Origin: Octopus vulgaris
Taxonomy: Eukaryota
Direction: 5' to 3'
DNA: 64,000 bases
Assembly: GCA_951406725.2 (NCBI GenBank)
Contig: OX597826.1
Location: 8,928,001 to 8,992,000, forward strand
The notes beneath the pieces are model-generated. The model worked only from the letters and a program-made list of their open reading frames with translations. It was not told the origin of the DNA and did no database searches. Made by a program: the position numbers and the translations under genes. Positions 38,064 to 52,499 of the stretch are shown piece by piece (position 1 is the first letter of the stretch; each line of letters opens with the position of its first letter).

Positions 38064-38307
38064 GATTTATCTGCTTGCTTGCTTGTTCGGCAATTTCCGT
38101 AAGAATATTTTTCTTTCTTTAATTTATTTTTACCATGTTATTTCGAAGCTGACAATTACCTCCGTGTGGCAGTTGAAAAGTGAAGCATGCTCTCGCGTGC
38201 ACACACATTTACTTGCACCCATTGACTTCCATGTCCACTCTCTTTCTCACACACACATACATAAACACGTGTCTCTTGTTTTTTTTTGTTCTCACGAATT
38301 GCTTATA

Positions 38308-38705
38308 CTCTTTTACTTGTTTCAGTCATTTTGACTGCGGCCATGCTGGAGCACCACCTTTTAGTCGAGCAAATCGACCCCAGGACTTATTCTTTGTAAG
38401 CCTAGCACTTATTCTATCGGTCTCATTGCCGAACCGCTAAGTTACGGGGAACGTAAACACACCAGCATCGGTTGTCAAGCGATGTTGGGCGGACAGAGAC
38501 ACACAAACATATACACACGCATACATATATATACATACATACACGACGGGCTTGTTTCAGTTTCCGTCTACCAAATCCACTCACAAGGCTTTGATCGGCC
38601 CGAGGCTATAGTAGAAGACACTTGCCCAAGGTGCCACGCAGTGGGACTGAACCAGGAACCATGTGGTTCGTAAGCAAGCTACTTATCACAGCCACTCCTA
38701 CGCCT
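38308..38705 (-). mobile_element. SINE family A, full length
   Basis: Reverse complement of 34210-34657. Similar copies at 49620-49945 (-), 55765-56130 (+) and 58650-59026 (-). Confidence 0.88.
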
Positions 38706-38827
38706 ATGTACTTACCACACAGCCACTCCTTACGTATTTTTGTGTATGTATATTAATGCATGGATAGTCTGTACGTATGTACAAAATATTTTTGTGTATG
38801 CATATATGTTTTGTATGCATGTAAGTA

Positions 38828-40059
38828 CAAGGGTGGGCTGAAAGGTCCGTAGACAACGAAGGAGTGATGCTAGAGCTGTGAAATGTTGCATACATTGATT
38901 TCAACCCTTATTATTAATAACAGCATTGCTTCTTTCCAGGTAAACTGACACCTGACTGTTCAAAAAAGGCTTCATAAGTTACTAGCTGCGGCTTCTCTTG
39001 AAAATGGACAAAATTTGGCATCGTGGTGGTATCAAGTACCTGTAGGAAAAGGGTTTAGCCCCAAAGGACATTCATGCTGCCATGGTTATTGGGAGAATGA
39101 TGCTCCAGCTTTAACGATAGTGCCGTAGTGGTCAGCTGAATTAAGGAGAGGAAGGGAAAGTCTTGAAGATTACCCAATGTCTGGACATCTTGCAACTGCC
39201 ACCACCGAGGAAAACATTGATCGTGTTCACCACATGGTGATGGATGACAGGCAGTTGACTATAAATAAAATAGCCAATGCTATTAGCATGTCCTGTGAGG
39301 GAGTTGAGAATATTCTGCGCAATGAACATGGTATGACAAGGATTTCTGCTTGGCTGCCACGTCTTCTGACATCAAAAGCGCACCGGACTGATCATATTGC
39401 AGGAAAATCTGACGTTGTTTGAGACAGATGCAGTTGGTTTCCTTGAACGCTTCCCAACGGAGGATAAGTGTTGCTTCATTACTTGGGCCAGAGAGACAAT
39501 CCAGGTAGTGGAAACATTTCTCCTCACCTGCTCCAAAGAAGGCCAAGATTGTTTCATCTGCAGGGAAGTTGATGGCTTCAGTTTTGGGGGATGGAAAAGG
39601 TATGGTGTTTATTGACTATCTTCAAAGGGGCCACACAATCAAAGGAGAGTATTATGTAAACTTCCTGAGGCAGTTACGAAAGGCTATGAAGACCAAACGC
39701 TCAAGAAAACTGGCAAAATAGGTCTTATTTCATCAGGACAGTGCTCCAGCAAATAAGTCATTGGTTTCAATGGCTGCTGTGCGCTTTGAATGGGTTGATC
39801 ACCGTCCTTAATCTCTTGATTAAACTCCCGCTGACTATCATCTGTTCCCCGACATGAAAAAAACACAAAAAAACATTTGGCTAGGAAGCAGTATCACTGT
39901 GGTGATGACGTCATATCTCTGTTGACTTTTTTTAGCAACCAGATGAAACCTTCTTCACCGATGGAAGAAGTGTGTGGGCCGCAAAGAAGATTGTTAAAAA
40001 ATAAACTTCATTTGGTCACATTCCAACGGTCAGCTTATGAACTCTTCAGCCAACCCTCG
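38828..40059 (+). mobile_element. Decayed near-full-length mariner transposon
   Basis: TA-flanked TIRs C(A/G)AGGGT(G/T)GGCTGAA. Broken transposase from ATG 39004: MDKIWHRG.IKYL...SGHLATATTEENIDRVHHMVMDDRQLTINKIA...WLPRLLT...FHQDSAPA...PADYHLFP. Confidence 0.92.
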
Positions 40060-40314
40060 TATATACATTGTACATAAGATATACATTGTACATAAGTACT
40101 CAAACAGGCCTGTACATATATACACAAATATACATACATACATGTATGTACACATAAATACGGCATACACAAAAACAAGCGATTCGTGAAAACAAAATAG
40201 ATGTGTGTGTATGTATGTGTGTGTTTCATTATTCAGCACGTGGATATGAAAGTCAGTGGGTGTAGTATATGTGGGAGCGCGTTTTACTTTTCAACTGGCA
40301 CACGGACTTTTACA

Positions 40315-40588
40315 GGACCTTTTCGGTTTGAACGGCAGTTTTTTCTAGCGGTGTCATATGAAACTGTCACCCATAATTATGACCCTAGTATCGATCTATT
40401 GCATTTCAATCTGTTTTAGGGTTAGGGGTGGGGAGAAGGGTATCCTTTTTTTCTTACAAACTATAGAATTTTCTCAAAGCCAAGAGAAAAAGATGTTTTT
40501 TAAACACATTCTACTAGTATACGAAGTTCAAAATGTTTTAGTTGCCTAGAAATTATGTTAAAAACTGCTGTTTAAACCGAAAAGATTC
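40315..40588. mobile_element. Internally deleted Merlin-like MITE
   Basis: Same TIR family as 23021; perfect 8-bp TSD CTTTTACA (40307-40314 and 40589-40596). Confidence 0.88.
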
Positions 40589-41059
40589 CTTTTACAGAAC
40601 CTGAAAAAAAAAAAAAAAATATTGTCTATTCATTTTTTTTCTTTATTTTGTTTTTTAGAAGCTTGTCATAAACTCTTATACTTGTTTTCAGACTTGTATT
40701 TAGCCTTTGTTTCATACGTTTTGTGTAATATAAAGTTTTCCTTTCATACATCGTAAGTTACTCTGGTGGTTGCTTAATAAACCATAGGAAACTAATTATC
40801 AATTCTTACACCACTGCCTTCTGTAAATACAACATAGATTTTTCGGAACCTTTGGTTCCAAAGCCATTCTGGATTATTGATTTTTCCAAACCAGAGGTGG
40901 TCACCTTGATCAACACACTAAATTATCAAATTTACCTAAATTATGAAAACAATACTGAAACCGTATTTTCGACAATAGTCATGAGTTTTCCATATTATAA
41001 GATAATACAAAAAGAAAGACGATGAAAAGAAAAAGGAACAGGAAAAAAAAGAAAAGGAA

Positions 41060-41395
41060 ATAACAAAAAGCAACAATGTAGCACCGAGTGCTTCAACTGG
41101 TCGCACACCACAAGGTTTAATGGAACTTGCTGAAGCAAGCATTACCACGGGCGATGGCGAGACTAAGACGTTGGAAAAGACAAGTGCCCTGACGGGCATC
41201 ACCTGATTCCTCGGTGAGGCGAACTGCCAAAGATGACAAGAACTTCGGTTAGTGGTCCCAGTCCCTCCGAACGTCTCAAACGCCATAGGTTGAAAGAGGT
41301 AGTTCACTGTCAGGTCCCGATACTTGAGGGATTTGGTTCCTTTCGGCTACAGAGGCAGTGACCCTCCCATTTACCGCAGCATCCAGGATGTGGGG
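41060..41395 (-). mobile_element. 3' remnant of a restriction-like-endonuclease non-LTR element (CRE-like)
   Basis: Frameshifted ASVAE...KYRDLTVNYLFQPMAFETFG...GDARQGTCLFQRLSLAIARGNA fits the C-terminal RLE motifs (AE..K..KY, ET.G, QR.S.A..RGNA). Confidence 0.75.
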
Positions 41396-41757
41396 AAATA
41401 CCTGTACATTAGTATAAATGATATAAGTTTATTGACACTACTGTGCAAGGTACCAGTAAACTAGTCAATTTACTCGTAAATTAGTGCGGATTATAAGAGA
41501 TTACGAATCGTCAGTTTCCAGAGAATCCGTGTTGTACCTGTATTATATTTCCTTTCACATCAAGGATGTTTTATAACAATGCTTTCCTAATGTTTTCGAC
41601 TTTGCGATGTCCTGGTGATCAAATAAAAACAAATTACTAGTTCGCTCGCATGCAACCCCGCTTTTTTTTTTTATAAAAAAGGTCGTTTTATGGTTCCAGG
41701 TTTAGCAGAAAATATGGAAAACTTATTGCTTTTGTTGTTTTATTAATCACATTTGTG

Positions 41758-41947
41758 CAATGCCGGATTTACCATTGTGCTTAGGTGCGCTTAGCACAGG
41801 GCCCTCTATTGAGCAGGGCTGGATCCCATCTTCTTGCCCCCTAATTTTTTTACAATGAATTTCCTGAACATGTATGCCTGACTAGCCAAGTAAGGGGCCT
41901 CATAGCTTAACTAACACCGGGCCTCAGTTGTCCTAAATCCGGCGCTG
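41758..41947. mobile_element. hAT-like MITE
   Basis: Ends CAATGCCGGATTTA / TAAATCCGGCGCTG; degenerate 8-bp flanks CATTTGTG/CACTTATG. Confidence 0.6.
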
Positions 41948-43083
41948 CACTTATGTATAAACTAAATTATTATTCAAGAATTTTTCAAGTCGTTCAGTTC
42001 TTAAATATGAATTGTCATATTTTTAAAAATTTGTGGTGCGCCTATAAACCTCTTGGGAGCATCGTTGGAGGGAATAGTGATGGGTAAACTGCGGCATACG
42101 GGACATTGTGAAAGCACACCTAACGAAAAATTACCTTAATTTTCTTAGTACTGCGACCCGTTTTGATGATGGAAAATGTCTTATACAGCTGGTAGCGAAA
42201 TTTTTTTAATCGAAGATGTTAATGGCACGAAATCGTACATACTTTGCAAAGAAAGACAAAATTTGCACACGAGCAAATATCTGCGTTCAACGACCGCAAA
42301 ATATTGGCAGAAACATTGTTTGACTTTGTATCGACCTTGGAAAGATGAAAGAAAACGTTGATCTCTGTGGGATTTGAACTCGGCACTTAAAAGGCTATAA
42401 CATTATAACTGCTGACGGTACAATCGATGCCCTAATGATTCTGTCAATCCAAATTGATTTATTCTGGATATTTTAGTGATATATAAAGTTTTAGCAATGG
42501 ATGTTTCCTTTATCTCGACTGTCTTAAGCTGAACGAACAATGAATTAGATTGAGATCAGTTCTTCTGTTAGCTGCATGTTCTCTCCAAGGAATACATCTC
42601 CGCGAAATTGTTTCTCAGTAAAGCCTATACATTTATATTCTCATATAGAATCTATTGGCGGAGTTTCAGAACTAACACCTCACAGAAACACTTGTTTTCT
42701 TTTTCCCGAAACACTTTTTTTTTTTATCGTAATTTTGTTTTCAAAATATTCGGGAAATATATAAGCGTTATGAAGTTTGTATATTCTAAAACGAAGATGA
42801 GCGAGGGAGGTTTAAAATGGAGAAGAGGGGAATGGAAATTTTGGAAAAATATTTTTTTTAGTCCCAGCTGTTTAAAACAAAGAAACCCCCCCCTCCAAAA
42901 AACTTTCCAAACATGTACACACACACACACACACAAATAAATAAATAATAAATAATATAAAGGTTACGCTGAAAGGGTGGTACTTATTCCGAAACTTCGC
43001 CAATTTGTTAATTCAAAATCTCTTACACTAACGTACACACACATAGGTATCTATGTTTGTCTCTCTCTACATATAAGTGTGTG

Positions 43084-43115
<32 letters not shown>

Positions 43116-43159
43116 TGTATGTATGTATGTATGTATGTATATATATATATATATATCAC

Positions 43160-43414
43160 ACACACGCGAGCGCACGTAGCAAATCCCGCCAACGTTGGTA
43201 TCTAAGAAAACACGATATCGGTTGAAGCGGATGTATTTTGTTGATATTTCAAGACTCGTGTGTATATGTTCGGATATGGGTAGACAACGCAAGTCACGTA
43301 TTCATGGCCTTCTAATCAACACCACCATACGGATAAATCCATATCCAATCCCAGCTAACATATAAGTATTAATTGTTAAGCCCCGAACACTTTCGGCCTG
43401 TGATAGACGTATGT
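43160..43414 (+). promoter_or_regulatory. Candidate promoter and first exon of a rightward gene
   Basis: Unique CpG-containing stretch, E2F-like ATCCCGCCAA at 43183-43192 and donor-like AC|GTATGT at 43409. Sequence to the right looks CpG-decayed. Confidence 0.3.
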
Positions 43415-43605
43415 TATTTTCTTTTCTGTTAGCGCTTCTTTGAATCGTTTTGTTTACATTGAGGACTATCTTATTTGTTTAAAGTCCTTTGGTGACGACA
43501 GTTCCCTCTTTTCGTGCTGATCATTGATATTAACATCGTTCTCTGACCGTTTTACAAATCGTATAACTACAGTTTAGTACCCCCAACACGTCTTCGTTTC
43601 TTCCC

Positions 43606-44000
43606 TATTTCTTTACTACACACAAGGGGCTAAACACAAAGAGGACAAACAAGGACAGACAAACAGATTAAGTCGATTATATCGACCGCAGTGCGTAGCT
43701 GGTACTTAATTTATCGACCCCGAAAGGATGAAAGGCAAAGTCAACCTCGGCGGAATTTGAACTCAGAATGTAACGGCAGACGAAATACGGCTGACTATTC
43801 ACAAGGGGCTAAACACAGAGGAGACAAACAAGGACAGACACACGGATTAAGTCGATTACATCGACCCCAGTGCGTAACTGGTACATAATTTATCGACCCC
43901 GAAAGGATGAAAGGCAAAGTCGACCTCGACGGAATTTGAACTCAGAATGTAACGGCAGACGAAATACGGCTACACATTTCGCCCGGCATGCTAACATTTC
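43606..44000 (-). mobile_element. SINE B dimer
   Basis: Two tandem copies with a junction near 43790. Confidence 0.85.
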
Positions 44001-44879
44001 TAAAAAAATTGAATGTAAGTTGTCCCAAAAATATTGAGTGTACTGACATACATGTACATTAATTGAACTATTGTCGGTAGAGTGAAATGGCACTTTTCAA
44101 AAATGGAATTGTCTCTTAAAGACCGAATGAACCCACAGGAGCAACTTCCCATCAGTTCTTTCTCTATAGCTCATTTATAGTGCAGGATTATTGCATTGCT
44201 TACATGTAGTTGTGTTGGCTATCCATGATTGTCACCAAAGGGGTGTACTGGACGGCAGTGGCCCCTCACTATTTAATGGTACACCCTCAGATTTAGAAAA
44301 TACAGTTTACAAAAATCTTCCTGCGATACAGATTAGTGCACACCCAGAATATACTGAAGCATCCCCAGGCTCCAAAGTCAGGTGACGGGCTTGTGGCTAT
44401 AATGCATCAACATGCAAACACTGACCGAATTGCCTTCTCAAAGTGTTCGTTACAGTGTCCACACTGTAAGAGCTCATCTTTTGATGCAAGTCTGTAGTGA
44501 CACTACATAACTTTTCACATAGAATTTTTTGCATGCAATGGCGTTAAGAATGGTGTCCTGAAGCAATTGCAACTAGTTATTAAAGATGTGCTAAGCTTTT
44601 TCTTTGTTCTATGTGAATGTCACGAAATGTAGCAAAATATCAGTGCTAGCTATAATTTCTGTAGAAATAACCTGAACAAAACTATATATATATATATACA
44701 TCACTATACCTTTTTCTATTTTCTCTCCCTGTTTATTTCTGTGTTCCTTTCTGTCGAAGAGCGTAGGCTCGAAACGTAAAAGACCTTCTCCTTTCTCACT
44801 TCCCGAGCATTAAACTAATACATCTGTTTGTTGTTTACACACCCTGTCTTCGTCTTTTGTTTTTTTGTAAATTCTCACA

Positions 44880-44914
<35 letters not shown>

Positions 44915-46115
44915 TACATATGAGGGTATTTTGAAACTACCTCACAGTGATGGCTGTGCCCTGCATAGTTATGGGCTGCCCTTTGGCAAGGCATTGCACC
45001 TGTCCAGTCACCCTGCCAGAGATATAGCAAAGTGGGATTGCAGCATGGCAGATTGTGGAGAGGCAGCAGAAGAGCTCAGCTGAGCCAAAAATGCTTCTTA
45101 CATTGATGCTGAGCAGAGGAATCTTAAATCAACGGTCAGGGTCACCCAGCCCTCTCAGATGGCATCCATGGTTGTGTAATTAGCTAATGAAAAATTCACT
45201 ATGATTCAAGCTCCCAATTCGAAATTCATAATAATGGAATTAGACGGGGATAAAGTCATGGGAATTTGTGAAAGCCGGGAAATATCTGGTGAGGGATAAA
45301 TGTTTAATAAATAAAATGTTTTTATGTGCTACTATTAGTTGCATGTGCTGAGAACAGACCAGTGTTTTTTAACACATCTAGTGTCCGAGCACAATCATCA
45401 GACACTGCCCACATGGCATAACAAAGTTAGTTCTCATCATATGAAACTAATAGCGCATAAAAACATATACTGTGCTTATTAAATATTTCTCTCACCAGAT
45501 AGTGTACTTTTTGTTGATCTTAACATCATGGAACATTACACCATATATCTCTTTCTTCTCCTCTTTAATTCCTATTTCTCTATATATATTTGGTGCCTTT
45601 GTCCCTCTTTTTCTCTCTTTCTTTGATTCCTTTGCCCCCTTTTTTTCTCTCTCTTCTCTCACGTGACCGCCGGTCAACTAGCCTTTCGGCTTCTGACCAC
45701 CGCCACAACAACATCGTTTTCTTCGTCTGCCGCAAAGGCATTTTTTTCCAAATACGCCAGCTAAGCTAAGTTGAACTGTCTAAAGTCGAAAGACACCCGC
45801 TGTTTTTGTCCTGTTATTACTATTATTGTTTTTTGTATTTATATTCATGTGGCATCGTCCGTTTTTCTGTCCTTGTTTCATATACATTCGATCCTTTTTC
45901 CAAGAAATCTAATGCTCGTAGCTTAGTTTTTCCTTGGGGCTGGCTGGATCAGAGCGATCTCAAGATTAATCAGTCAAAATTGCAAGGATGATCCGGTTCT
46001 TGACTGAAGATTAGCGGCTTCGAATAACCCGTCCGTTTTTTGTGTCGTCTCTTTGAGTGTTTTGCGTTCTTGTCCCATTTTGTATTTTTATATATTTTTT
46101 TTATACATATATATA

Positions 46116-46174
<59 letters not shown>

Positions 46175-47437
46175 ATTACTATTATTAGTAGCAATAGTGG
46201 TAATAGTTACCCTTGAAACATTTGATAGCATTGCTCTAGATAACCCTAAACAGATGAAGTGGTCAGGGTTGGAATGCCTTTCACTGGAACCTTACTTGAT
46301 CAGGGCTGACTTGGAGCTAAACACTATCAACAATAACAAAGTTGTACATAAAGAAGGTGATTAGAAACATGAATTGACATGAAAATATTCCATTCCTAAA
46401 GAAAGCCATGATGGCTAAAAGAAACCGCTTTCCAATAATTTCTGAAAAAGATAAGATGGTGAGGTGACAGAAATGTTAGCATGCCAGGCAAAATGCTTAG
46501 CGGCATTTCATGTCTTTACATTCCGAGTTCAAATTCCACTGGGGTTGACTCTGCCTTTCATACTTTCAAAGTCGATAAAATAAGTACCAGTTGAACACTG
46601 GGGTCAAAGAACTCAATTTACCCCCTCCCAAGAAATTGCAGGCCTTGCGCCAAAATTTGAAACCAATAATTTCTGGAAAAGTTGTCAACTACCAACCTTC
46701 TAAACTGATGAATAAACCTCTGTTATTGTATTCTGTTAGAAATAGCAACCAAATCTAACTTAAATCATACAAAATCATCTTAAAAAAATGGGAACACAGT
46801 ATTACTTTTGATCATAGATTATAGTTCACCTGACCTGGATGACACCTAATCCAAAGCTAAAGAGCAATTAGAACTAATGTTTCTGTTACTGTCCACCAGT
46901 GATATATGGGAAATTACAATCCCTGCGGAATTTGAGCTCAGAATATAGACCAAAGTAACCATGTGCTACAAGACATTTATTTATGAACTGGCCTTCTAGT
47001 ATTTCTGTTATTTCTTCTGCTCTGACTGAATATAAGTTAATTATTATAATTTATTTTCCCACTGATCAAATGCATTGCATTTCAATAGATTTGTATTAAT
47101 GTGAAGGTAGCTGTTCAGATATTTCTCAAGTTCATATTCCCTCTGTTAACAAGGTGAAATATGAAACCAACAGCACAGTCTCTGTGGGGTCTTTTGACTT
47201 GTTACAAATAGCAACTAGATTTCTCAAATTCTACCAAACTTCCTTAAAAAGAAGGGGAGGAGTCAATGGGCAATGTAATCTTAAGATATATAGAGTGGCT
47301 GTGTGGTCATAAGAACATGGTTCTGGGTTCAGTCCCACTGTGTGGCACTGTGGGTAAGTGTCTTCTACTATAGCCTCAGACCAACCAAAGCCTTGTGAGT
47401 AGATTTGGTAGACGGAAACTGAAAGTAGCCTGTCGTG

Positions 47438-47705
47438 TACATTGGGTCATTCCATAAATAATGTGTTTTTTTATACTTTTATTTATCAAAATTAAGGTAA
47501 ACAAAGTTCTTTTTTAATCTCAGATATACTTTCCTTGATTTTCTACGATGCTCTTTCATCTATTTGCTAGACTTGCAAGGCCCCTCTTCCAAAATTCACT
47601 TGTCCGTGATGAAAAATACTCCTCCAGTAGTTCTGACTTCATCTACAGAATTCATATTTTTTCCATCCAAAGGATTTTGAAGACTGCAAAATAAATGATA
47701 ATTAC
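47438..47705 (-). mobile_element. Mariner transposase C-terminal remnant with TIR
   Basis: YHLFCSLQNPLDGKNMNSVDEVR..LEEYFSSRTSEFWKRGLASLANR*KSIVENQGKYI; ends at a TA. Confidence 0.8.
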
Positions 47706-49944
47706 ACAACCATGGATTTAAAGTTCAAAGTGGACTAAACCTTTCATAACCCACGAAACAGATAATAATATCTTATGTGGGTGAAGATCTTTAGCCTGGA
47801 GTGCTGGTGTTTCTCTTTTTCCTACCCACTGTCTTTGGCACTTGGACAGTTTGATCAGAGCTAGGGAACTGCACCAGACTCCAATTTGATTTAGTATGGT
47901 TTCTATGGCTGGGTGCCCTTCCTAACGCCAACCATTTTACAGTGTGTACTTGATGCTTTTACATGGCATCAAACTGGTGCTTTTTTGGGGCACTGCATGG
48001 GTGCTTTTACATGACACCACACAGGCACTTTTATGTGACACTGCCATGAATGGTTTTCCCCACCAGAGGGGCTGGTCATAACACTTCTGCTGAAGAGTAT
48101 GGGTCTTCTTGAGTACAGTAACATATATACATATGTATGTAAAAAAGCTATCTTTAGGTCTAACCTAACACAAATGTTTTGTCAGAATACCAAATACTGC
48201 ATTATCGCCCTTGAGAGATCTTCTCATTATTGGTGTTTGGTGTATAACAGTACAGAAATCATCAATGGACAGCATCCGGTTACTGCATGCCAGTTAAATC
48301 GCATTGCTATGATATATACAATATGAGTATCTTTACAGACACTGTCACAAATAGTCAGCAAGATTATTAAAAATTGATTATTAGTGATGGAAGTAATATC
48401 AATTATAAAAGATAGTCTTTATGGCCAACGTGCCATGGATGCCTTCTTGGAACTCTGAATATTGAGTTATTGTCCTTGGGTGATCTCCTATTGGTACTTG
48501 TTGCATAGAAGCACACATATACACATAGATTGTAGTAGCTGAGAAACATCTGTTATAGGCACTGGATTTCCTGTATCACATGATTTCATTCTGTTGGAAA
48601 TTATCAGTGGGAAGCATCTTGAATTCTGGTATCTATGACAGACAATTCTCATCAGCTACAATCTATGTGTATGCTTTTGTGCACCAAGTGCCTATATGAA
48701 AAGATCTCTCAAGTTTAACAATGCAGCATTTGATGTTCTACCAAAACATCGATGTTAAGTTGGATATAAAAATTGTCTTTAGGTATTAATACCATTTCAA
48801 GCAATAATAATAATAATAATAATCTTTTCTACTCTAGGCAGAAGGGCCCGAAATTTTGGGGGAGGGAGCCAGTCGATTAGATCAATCCCAAGTATACAAT
48901 TGGTACTTAATTTATCGGCCCCGAAAGGATGAAAGGCAAAGTCGACCTCGGTGGAATTTGAACTCAGAACGCAACGGCAGACGAAATACGGCTACGCATT
49001 TCGCCCGGCATGCTAACGATAATAATATATACATATACATACATACATACGTAATGTAATGTAACAGCAATGCAACTACACATGTGCTGTTGGTGTTTTT
49101 TCTTTTTACTTTCTTTGGACGTTTCTGTTTTCTTTTCTGACAAAGCTAGGCTCAAAACATCAAAAACTCTCTCTTATTACCGAGCGTCAAATTGATACAT
49201 GTCCATCTATGTCCTTCCAACTGATTTGGAGTACCAGATTCATGGATTTTTTACTCTACCCTTGGATTATGTTACCTTTAAATTCTTTTGGACTACGTCA
49301 TTTCTGCATCTTTGATTTTATTTATATATATATATAATTTCAATCATACTTAATGTATAATATACAGATTGCTATTAAACTCTAATACTGCACATAATGA
49401 GTGAGTGTATAAGGGCTTCTGCACTGTTACTGTCTACCAAATTCTAAGCATGAGATACTAGTCAACCTGAGACTATAGTAGAAGGATGTTACCCAAAATG
49501 TATGCTGTAGGATTGAACCTGGAATCAGATAGTTGAGAAGTAAACTTAACTAGACAGCCATACGTGAACCTTACACTTCACAAGTGTGCAAATTGGATGA
49601 AAGTTGGTTTTATTTATTTTATTCTTTTACTTGTTTCAGTCATTTGACTGTGGCCATGCTGGAGCACTGGCTTTAGTCGCACAAATTGACCCCAGGACTT
49701 ATTCTTTGTAAGCCTAGTACTTATTCTATCAATCTCTTTTGCTGAACTAAGTTATGGGGACGTAAACACACCATCAGTTGTCAAGTGGTGGTGGGGGCAC
49801 ACACACACACAATGGGCTTCTTTCAGTTTCCATCTGCCAAATCCACTCACAAGGCTTTAGTCATTTGCCTAAGGTGCCTGTAGTGGAACCGAACCTAGAA
49901 CCATGTGGTTGGGAAGCAAATTTCTTACCACACAGCCACTCCTG

Positions 49945-49975
<31 letters not shown>

Positions 49976-52499
49976 TTTCCTGATGCCATAGCAGAATGGA
50001 GACCTTAGTACACTCACACACACATATCTTTACTGCTGACATTATTTTAAAGATAATGAGAATAGAAAAAAAGAACATGGTAAAAAAAAATCACTGAAGA
50101 AATATTATGAACATAAAGATTGTCATTTTTCAGATTCATAAATTGAAAAAGAATTTTCTTTTGATAAATTTTCTTGTCAGTCATAAATAAATGATATTGT
50201 AATATATATATATATATTGATTTTTATATTTTTTCACTTATAATTCAGACATTATTTTGCAGCCTTACCAGGGCACTGTCTTCAAGGATTTTGTTTTTCC
50301 CTTTTATTTATTTATTTTCTTTTAGTCAACTATATTAACACTATTTCAGTTAGGTACTTATTTTATAAGTGTGAGGGTTAGCAGAAGGAAAGGCATCAAG
50401 CTGTAGAAACCCACCACAACAAATTCTGTCCAATCAATGCAAGCATGGAAAAGTGGACATTGAAATGATGAGGTTATGATTTGTGGGGGATTTGGCTACT
50501 GTTTTTGGTAGGTTAAACTGTTACAGAATCTCCCTCATTAGCTGTTTTTCTGTCTTAGAATCACCATTAGTCAAATAAAGGTTTGAAATTCCCCAAGAAC
50601 ACCTGATGAAGGCTGGAGAGTACATCAGCTGAAACGTTGTGATAACAACAAACAAGATGGGGACACCTATCCATCCATTATAAATAATGTACATAATTTC
50701 TCATCTCAAAAATATAGAAAGAGTAACGTGTTTTAATGAAACTATGGTAACAGAATTACAGTGTAAAATAGCATCAAGTTGCATTCTTTTATGTCAAAGA
50801 TTATTGAGCTATTTTATAAATGCTGATTATTAACTGTTTAAACTGGCCATATCTGACCAAAATATTTTACCTGTTTTATCTTTGAACTAGCCATATCTGG
50901 TCTCTCATACTTACCCAACAATATTATTCTAAAAATAAACAATTATGTCTCTGGAATTTCAAAGCTACAAGGAAATACTAACTCATATCAATGTGAATAA
51001 ATAAGCATTATATTGACAGAGAAATCTGAGTGCTAAAGGGTTAAAATAAGCACTGGAAGTCCAATAAGATCAACTAAAAACTCTTTGAATGTGGTACCTT
51101 AGTGTGGCCACTGTCCACTGACTGAAACAGTCTGTCAGTCCTATATCATTATTACAAAATTGTAGCATATATGCTTATTTAACATTTAGAAATAGTAGTG
51201 AAATTATGGCAGGGACTGTAGTGTACCTGGCTATATGTGCCTTGATGTATTCCGTTTTAACTTTATCAACTGGATTACCTTTTTCAGCTACAGAAAGAGC
51301 CTCTCAGTGGTTGTTTGACATGTTAGAAATAGCTGTTGAATCTACCTTGAATCAAACCCTACTGTTTTAGGTTTTAAATGCTAAATAATGTAGTCCCAGA
51401 TGTGAAAGGATATGATGGGCATGGTTGGAATGCATTTGATTGTAGGTTTGCTCCATCAAAATTGACTTGAATTTGATCAGCTTTGCTTTCATCAATAAAA
51501 AGAAAAATCTTTATCTGACAATGAAGCCTCTATATAGTTACTTGAACTGCTAGGAATAGCAGCCAAATCACAACATAATGGTTTCAAGTTTTGACATTAG
51601 GCCAGCAATTTCAGGAGAGGAACTACGTTGATTACATTGACCCCCACCAGTGCTCAACTGGTACTTATTTTATCGACCCTTGAAAAGATGAAAGTTAAAG
51701 CCGACCTCAGTGGAATTTGAACTCAGAATGTAAAGATTGAAGAAATGCCACTTGGCATATTGCCTGGCATAAACGATAAGATACATTGGAATCATGAAAA
51801 TGTTCAGAAATATTGTCTAACATAAGGTGGGGAGGATCATAGCTAGAATGCCTTGGATCATAGGTTTACCTGATCAGAGCTAACCTTGGGCTAAATAAAA
51901 ATAACAGCAACCACGAGAATTAATTGAATATAAATACATCATATCATGTAATATATTGCTTAGTTAGCGAAATGTAATAAAACACCAGCCATGATTTTGA
52001 TAATAAAATGTGAGTCATATCATTCTAAAATGAGAGAGAGAAGAATGTAATTCTTTCAATTTTCCCAAATGATTTGATTGAATTCAAGCTTAAATTAAGT
52101 TTACCTGATCACTTGATGTCATATTTCAACAGAGATAATTCCATATGCTATGCTCACTTTCTTTTTCTGTAAACTAGAAGATTTAAATACAAATGCAAGA
52201 AAACATTGATCAGTTATCACTAAAAAATGTTTACATTAGAGAAATGACATAGAAACATTTTTATATACTCATCATTGTATTTATCTTGGATAATAAGAAT
52301 TTATCTTCAGCTTTTGATTTAAAATTTCTGTTTATTCATTGTGTTTGACATTGATATATGTATAAAAGCTAATGATTACTCTTGGCTGTGTGGTTAAGAA
52401 GTTTGGTTCAGAATCAGGTGGTCCTTAGGTTGTTCAATGCCCTATGAATAGAAATGGAAGATGGACACATGAAAGCCTGCTGTGTGTGTGTGTGTCACG

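Noticed and set aside
48099-48326. 75-aa ORF as a coding exon
   Set aside because: No convincing donor site and no recognisable motif.
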